Below are positions 43,581 through 48,861 of a stretch of DNA of 48,861 bases, in pieces. The DNA is from Dehalococcoidia bacterium UBA6808 (GTDB lineage Bacteria; Chloroflexota; Dehalococcoidia; GIF9; UBA5629). The stretch is taken from the NCBI GenBank assembly GCA_002452695.1, contig DKFA01000112.1:50832-99692 (forward strand). The letters are read 5' to 3'. The position numbers and the translations under genes are program-made. The notes beneath the pieces are model-generated. The model saw only the letters and a program-made list of their open reading frames with translations. It was not told where the DNA came from and ran no database searches. Within the stretch, counting starts at the first letter, position 1, and each line of letters begins with the position of its first letter.

Positions 43581-43611
43581 AAAGGGTAAAGCTTCCGGCC
43601 ACGTACCCTTT
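43581..43611 (+). other. Orphan terminator-like hairpin in the rpsO/dnaX divergent region
   Basis: AAAGGGTA (43581-43588), a 15-nt loop, then TACCCTTT (43604-43611), followed by TAC. No plus-strand gene lies upstream. Confidence 0.3.
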
Positions 43612-43634
43612 TACTACCCCCTGCGGTGTTGGGG

Positions 43635-43640
43635 TATAAT
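43635..43640 (+). promoter_or_regulatory. TATAAT -10 box 9 nt upstream of the dnaX ATG (implies a leaderless or near-leaderless mRNA)
   Basis: TATAAT at 43635-43640 and ATG at 43650. There is no SD between them, and the -35 is only weak (TTACTA with an 18-nt spacer). Confidence 0.4.
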
Positions 43641-43649
43641 TAGTGCGCT

Positions 43650-45323
43650 ATGACTTCACAGGTCTTCTACCGCAAATGGCGGCCTCAGACATTCTCAGAA
43701 GTAGCCGGCCAGGAACATGTTGTGCAGACCCTGCGCAATGCCGTTAAGAGCAACCGCATTGCTCATGCCTACCTGTTCTGCGGCCCGCGCGGCTCAGGCA
43801 AAACATCCACTGCACGCATCCTCGCCAAGGCAGTCAACTGCCAGTCTCCCATCGAGGGTGAGCCCTGCAATAATTGCGATTCCTGCCTGGCCATCAACAG
43901 GGGCAACGCCATTGATATCATTGAGATCGACGAGGCCAGCAACCGCGGCATCGATGATATGAACGACCTTAAGGAGCGTGTCAACTACGCCCCCAACATC
44001 CTGCGTTACAAGGTCTACATCATCGACGAGGTACATATGATTACCAGGGAGGGCGCCAACGCCTTCCTGAAGACCCTGGAAGAACCCCCTCCGCATGTTA
44101 TTTTCATACTGGCTACCACTGACCCGCACAAGATCATTTCGACCATCACTTCGCGCTGCCAGCGTTTCGATTTCCACCGCCTTTCCTCGGCTGCCGTCAT
44201 CTCCCGCCTGTCGCACATCTGCAGCCAGGAAGGAGTGAAGGTCGATCCCGAAGCCCTTAAACTGATCGCCAAGGTGACCACCGGCAGCCTGCGTGACGCC
44301 ACCAACCTGCTTGAGCAGCTCATTACATATTACGGCGCAGATATCCAGATGGCACAGGCGCAGGCTATGCTGGGCATCAGCGGGGACCTGCGCATCCGCG
44401 AGCTGGCCGGCCATATCATCAACAGGGATGTTTCCTCCGGACTCAAGGTGATCAATGCCGTGGCATCCGAGGGACTCGACCTGCGGCAGTTCAACAGGGA
44501 ACTGGTGGACTACCTGCGCCAGTTGCTCCTGGCCAGGTCCGGCTCAGCCGATATGATCGATGCCACGGCCGACGACCTCGCTGAGATGCAAAGGGCAGCG
44601 GGCGGCGCCACGCTTGATTACCTGCTTAACACGGTCAAGCTTTTCAGCGCTGTGGACATGCGCATGGATACCTACTCGTCACTGCCGCTGGAGCTCGCCC
44701 TGGTCGAGAGCGTCATCTCCGCCAATGGCAAAGAAAAGGCGACCGAACCGGCGCCGCGCAGCGACTGGGGCACACGCAGCGCTTCCACCCCCTATAAGGC
44801 CACCAGGCCGGCAGAAGCAGCACGCCCGGCCAGCCTGGTAAGCAAACCTGCCGTAAATCAGTCCAGTTTAGCGCCTGCACAGCAAGCCGAACTGGCAGAA
44901 CCTGCTGAAGAAGGTGAGACCACTCTTGGCGCTCCGCTCAAGATGGAAAACCCCGCCGACCTGGATTATATCAAGCAGCACTGGAAGTTCTTTATTAACT
45001 CTATGCGCGGCGAGGGTTCGGGCGGTAACCTGGATGCCCGCCTGCGCCATGCCTGCGAACCGGTTGAGATCAAAGAAGGCGTTCTGGTGCTGGGCTTTTT
45101 TCACGAGTTCCACAAGAACTATATAGATAACCGCAAATACCTTCATCTGATTGAAAAAAAGCTTAAGGAAGTCTTCGGGCATTCCTATACAGTCAACTGC
45201 GTATTGATTCCGCAGGGGCAGAAAACGGAGCTTAAACCGACCAGCAGCAACCATCTGGTCGAAGCTGCCCTGAGCATGGGCGCGCGGATTGTCGAAGAAA
45301 ACGCTGATACGGAGGAAAAATGA
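43650..45323 (+). CDS. dnaX: DNA polymerase III subunit gamma/tau
   Basis: YRKWRPQTFSEVAGQEHV, GPRGSGKTSTARILAKAVNC, Zn-module cysteines (CNNCDSC), IIDEVHM and SRCQRF. Confidence 0.96.
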   Translation: MTSQVFYRKWRPQTFSEVAGQEHVVQTLRNAVKSNRIAHAYLFCGPRGSGKTSTARILAKAVNCQSPIEGEPCNNCDSCLAINRGNAIDIIEIDEASNRGIDDMNDLKERVNYAPNILRYKVYIIDEVHMITREGANAFLKTLEEPPPHVIFILATTDPHKIISTITSRCQRFDFHRLSSAAVISRLSHICSQEGVKVDPEALKLIAKVTTGSLRDATNLLEQLITYYGADIQMAQAQAMLGISGDLRIRELAGHIINRDVSSGLKVINAVASEGLDLRQFNRELVDYLRQLLLARSGSADMIDATADDLAEMQRAAGGATLDYLLNTVKLFSAVDMRMDTYSSLPLELALVESVISANGKEKATEPAPRSDWGTRSASTPYKATRPAEAARPASLVSKPAVNQSSLAPAQQAELAEPAEEGETTLGAPLKMENPADLDYIKQHWKFFINSMRGEGSGGNLDARLRHACEPVEIKEGVLVLGFFHEFHKNYIDNRKYLHLIEKKLKEVFGHSYTVNCVLIPQGQKTELKPTSSNHLVEAALSMGARIVEENADTEEK

Positions 45324-45625
45324 GCCAGTTTAACATGCGTCAGATACAGGAACTGCAGGCAAAGATGATGAAAGCCCAAGAGGAGTTGGGCAAAGCTACT
45401 GTAGAAGTAACCGCCGGGGGCGGCGTCATTAAGATCGTGATCAACGGCCACCAGCAATTCCAGTCCGTCCAGATCTCTCCCGAGGTGGTCAATCCCGAAG
45501 AAGTTGAGTTCCTGCAGGACCTGGTGCTGGCTGCCTGCAATGAAGCTGTACAGAAATCGCAGGAGATGACCGCCCAGAGCATGAGCAAGCTGACCGGTGG
45601 ATTGAAAATACCCGGACTTATGTAG
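45320..45625 (+). CDS. ybaB: YbaB/EbfC-family nucleoid-associated protein
   Basis: 101 aa, MRQIQELQAKMMKAQEEL...GGGVIKIVING...MSKLTGGLKIPGL. ATGA overlap with the dnaX stop. Confidence 0.92.
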   Translation: MSQFNMRQIQELQAKMMKAQEELGKATVEVTAGGGVIKIVINGHQQFQSVQISPEVVNPEEVEFLQDLVLAACNEAVQKSQEMTAQSMSKLTGGLKIPGLM

Positions 45626-45634
45626 GAGGCCCGT

Positions 45635-46246
45635 TTGAACCCCGATTTCCTGCCCGCCGCCAAGCCGATCTCACGCCTGATCCAGGAATTTAACAAGCTG
45701 CCAGGCATTGGGCCCAAGAGCGCACAGCGCCTGGCCTATCACCTTTTACAATCGCCGCCCGAAAAAGCGCGCGACCTGGCCGAAGCTATCATCGGCATCA
45801 AGGAAAACCTCAAGCTCTGCTCGACCTGCCTGAATATCACCGACACCGACCCCTGCTTCATCTGCGCTGATGATTCGCGCGACACCACGCGCATCTGCGT
45901 GGTGGAAGAGCCCATCGATATCATGCCCCTCGAACGCACCAGGAAATACCGCGGCCTTTACCACGTGCTGCATGGAGTCATCTCCCCCGGCGACGGCATT
46001 AAGCCGGAGGATCTGCATATCCGCGAACTGCTGGACCGCCTCAGCAGCGGCAACGTGGTCGAGGTAATCATGGCTACCAACCCCAACGCCGAGGGAGAAG
46101 CCACCTCGCTTTACATCCAGCGCCTGCTGGCGCCCCTGGGCGTCAAGGTCACGCGCCTGGCCAGAGGCCTGCCCTTTGGCGGCGACCTTGAATACGCTGA
46201 CGACGTTACTCTCAGCCGTGCTCTTGATGGCCGGCAGGAGATGTAA
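45635..46246 (+). CDS. recR: Recombination protein RecR
   Basis: LIQEFNKLPGIGPKSAQRLAYHLL (HhH), CSTCLNITDTDPCFIC (Zn finger) and a Toprim region. The TTG start lies 6 nt after TAGGAGG. Confidence 0.94.
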   Translation: MNPDFLPAAKPISRLIQEFNKLPGIGPKSAQRLAYHLLQSPPEKARDLAEAIIGIKENLKLCSTCLNITDTDPCFICADDSRDTTRICVVEEPIDIMPLERTRKYRGLYHVLHGVISPGDGIKPEDLHIRELLDRLSSGNVVEVIMATNPNAEGEATSLYIQRLLAPLGVKVTRLARGLPFGGDLEYADDVTLSRALDGRQEM

Positions 46247-46258
46247 TAAGCTTATCTT

Positions 46259-47026
46259 ATGGCTTCGCGTGTCTATCAGACAGACGCCATCATTATCAAA
46301 AAGCACAAGTTTGCGGAAGCTGATCGGCTGCTCACGCTTTTCACCGCGGACCACGGCAAGGTGAGGGCTATAGCCAAGGGCGCCATGCGGCCCGGCAGCA
46401 AGCTGGGAGGCAATGTCGAATTGCTCACCCACAGCCGCCTCATGCTGGCGCGCGGCCGCAACCTGGATATCATTACCCAGGCACAGGCCATAGAAACCTT
46501 CCTGACCCTGCGCGATAACCTGGAGCTGATGTCCTGCGGTTTCTATCTGTCCGAGCTGGTCGACACCTTTACCGAAGACGGAGTCGAGGACAACGAGCTT
46601 TTCAACCTCTTTCTCAGCATGTTGCGGGAGCTGGCAGCCGCTGAGGATGGGGAGCGTATCGCGCGTTACTTCGAGTTGCGTCTGCTGGACAGGGAGGGCT
46701 ACCGCCCCCAGCTGCAGAGATGCGCCAACTGTAACTGTGAACTGCCAGCTGAGGTTAACTACTACAGCCCGGCGCAGGGTGGGGTGCTGTGCCGTTCCTG
46801 CGGCTATCCGGACATGGCTGCCCGCACCATCTCGGTCAATGCCCTCAAGGTGCTGCGCTTCTGGCTCAATAGCGATTTCGCCAATGCCAGCCGTGTCAAA
46901 ATCAACAGTGAGCTTTCACGTGAGCTTAAGGCTCTCCTGCGCGACAACGTGAAATACATACTGGAAAAGCAGCTTAAATCAATTGAATGGATGGACAGAC
47001 TGGGCAACGGGGATTTGGTACCGTAA
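46259..47026 (+). CDS. recO: DNA repair protein RecO
   Basis: An N-terminal OB-fold region (AIIIKKHKFAEADRLLTLFT..GKVRAIAKG) and a C-terminal Zn motif CANCNCE...LCRSCG. Confidence 0.9.
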   Translation: MASRVYQTDAIIIKKHKFAEADRLLTLFTADHGKVRAIAKGAMRPGSKLGGNVELLTHSRLMLARGRNLDIITQAQAIETFLTLRDNLELMSCGFYLSELVDTFTEDGVEDNELFNLFLSMLRELAAAEDGERIARYFELRLLDREGYRPQLQRCANCNCELPAEVNYYSPAQGGVLCRSCGYPDMAARTISVNALKVLRFWLNSDFANASRVKINSELSRELKALLRDNVKYILEKQLKSIEWMDRLGNGDLVP

Positions 47027-47035
47027 GCTATTTTC

Positions 47036-47064
47036 ATGACATAACGTATCAAAACTGCTACAAT
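47036..47064 (+). promoter_or_regulatory. Promoter ATGACA, 17 nt, TACAAT placed 8 nt from the ATG (leaderless transcript predicted)
   Basis: ATGACA at 47036-47041, TACAAT at 47059-47064 and ATG at 47073. No SD is present. Confidence 0.5.
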
Positions 47065-47072
47065 ATCGCATC

Positions 47073-48861
<1,789 letters not shown>

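Noticed and set aside
43502-43649. Possible SRP RNA (ffs) upstream of dnaX, as in some Firmicutes
   Set aside because: The conserved domain IV sequence (GGAAGCAGCC-type symmetric and asymmetric loops with a GNRA tetraloop) is absent. The region is also too short once the rpsO and dnaX promoters are accounted for.
45746-46432. 228-aa minus-strand ORF spanning the recR/recO junction
   Set aside because: It is antisense to two well-supported genes, crosses their intergenic gap, and has no SD or motifs.

Overview
This 48.9-kb window is a densely packed chromosomal segment from a bacterium. The bacterial assignment rests on L21/L27/L31/S15, NusA-YlxR-IF2-RbfA-TruB, PNPase and DnaX-YbaB-RecR-RecO. 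It also carries several archaeal-flavoured genes: FBP aldolase/phosphatase, a CetZ/tubulin-like protein, archaeal-type GlmM and GlmU-like enzymes, a geranylgeranyl-reductase-family flavoprotein, and inositol-3-phosphate synthase with a CDP-alcohol phosphatidyltransferase. This mix is most consistent with Chloroflexota (Dehalococcoidia-like), but that is inference only, since no marker phylogeny could be run.

I support about 53 CDS (two truncated at the window edges), several near-consensus sigma-70-type promoters and a few intrinsic terminators. Reading by eye, I found no rRNA, tRNA, CRISPR array, IS element, integrase or obvious defence system. Most long ORFs in the six-frame track that overlap these genes on the opposite strand look like GC-driven antisense artefacts.

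The most interesting locus is a co-oriented minus-strand block at 1-4104. It contains the function-unknown AmmeMemoRadiSam triad (radical SAM, Memo-like, AMMECR1-like), then a divergent CetZ/tubulin-like GTPase with a rewritten tubulin signature motif, which is translationally coupled (ATGA) to rarA.

Other notable items:
- a six-gene operon joining a Liv-type ABC importer to two family III CoA-transferase paralogues
- a glmM / glmU-like / uppS / GGR-like cluster, suggesting a possibly saturated polyprenol carrier lipid
- an ino1 / GT4 / PIP-synthase inositol-lipid cluster
- a promoter-terminator leader in front of nusA
- an E. coli-type A AAA AAG slippery heptamer in dnaX
- two apparently leaderless genes, dnaX and an APH-kinase/P-loop-kinase fusion

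All family calls come from motif recognition by eye. None has been verified by a search.
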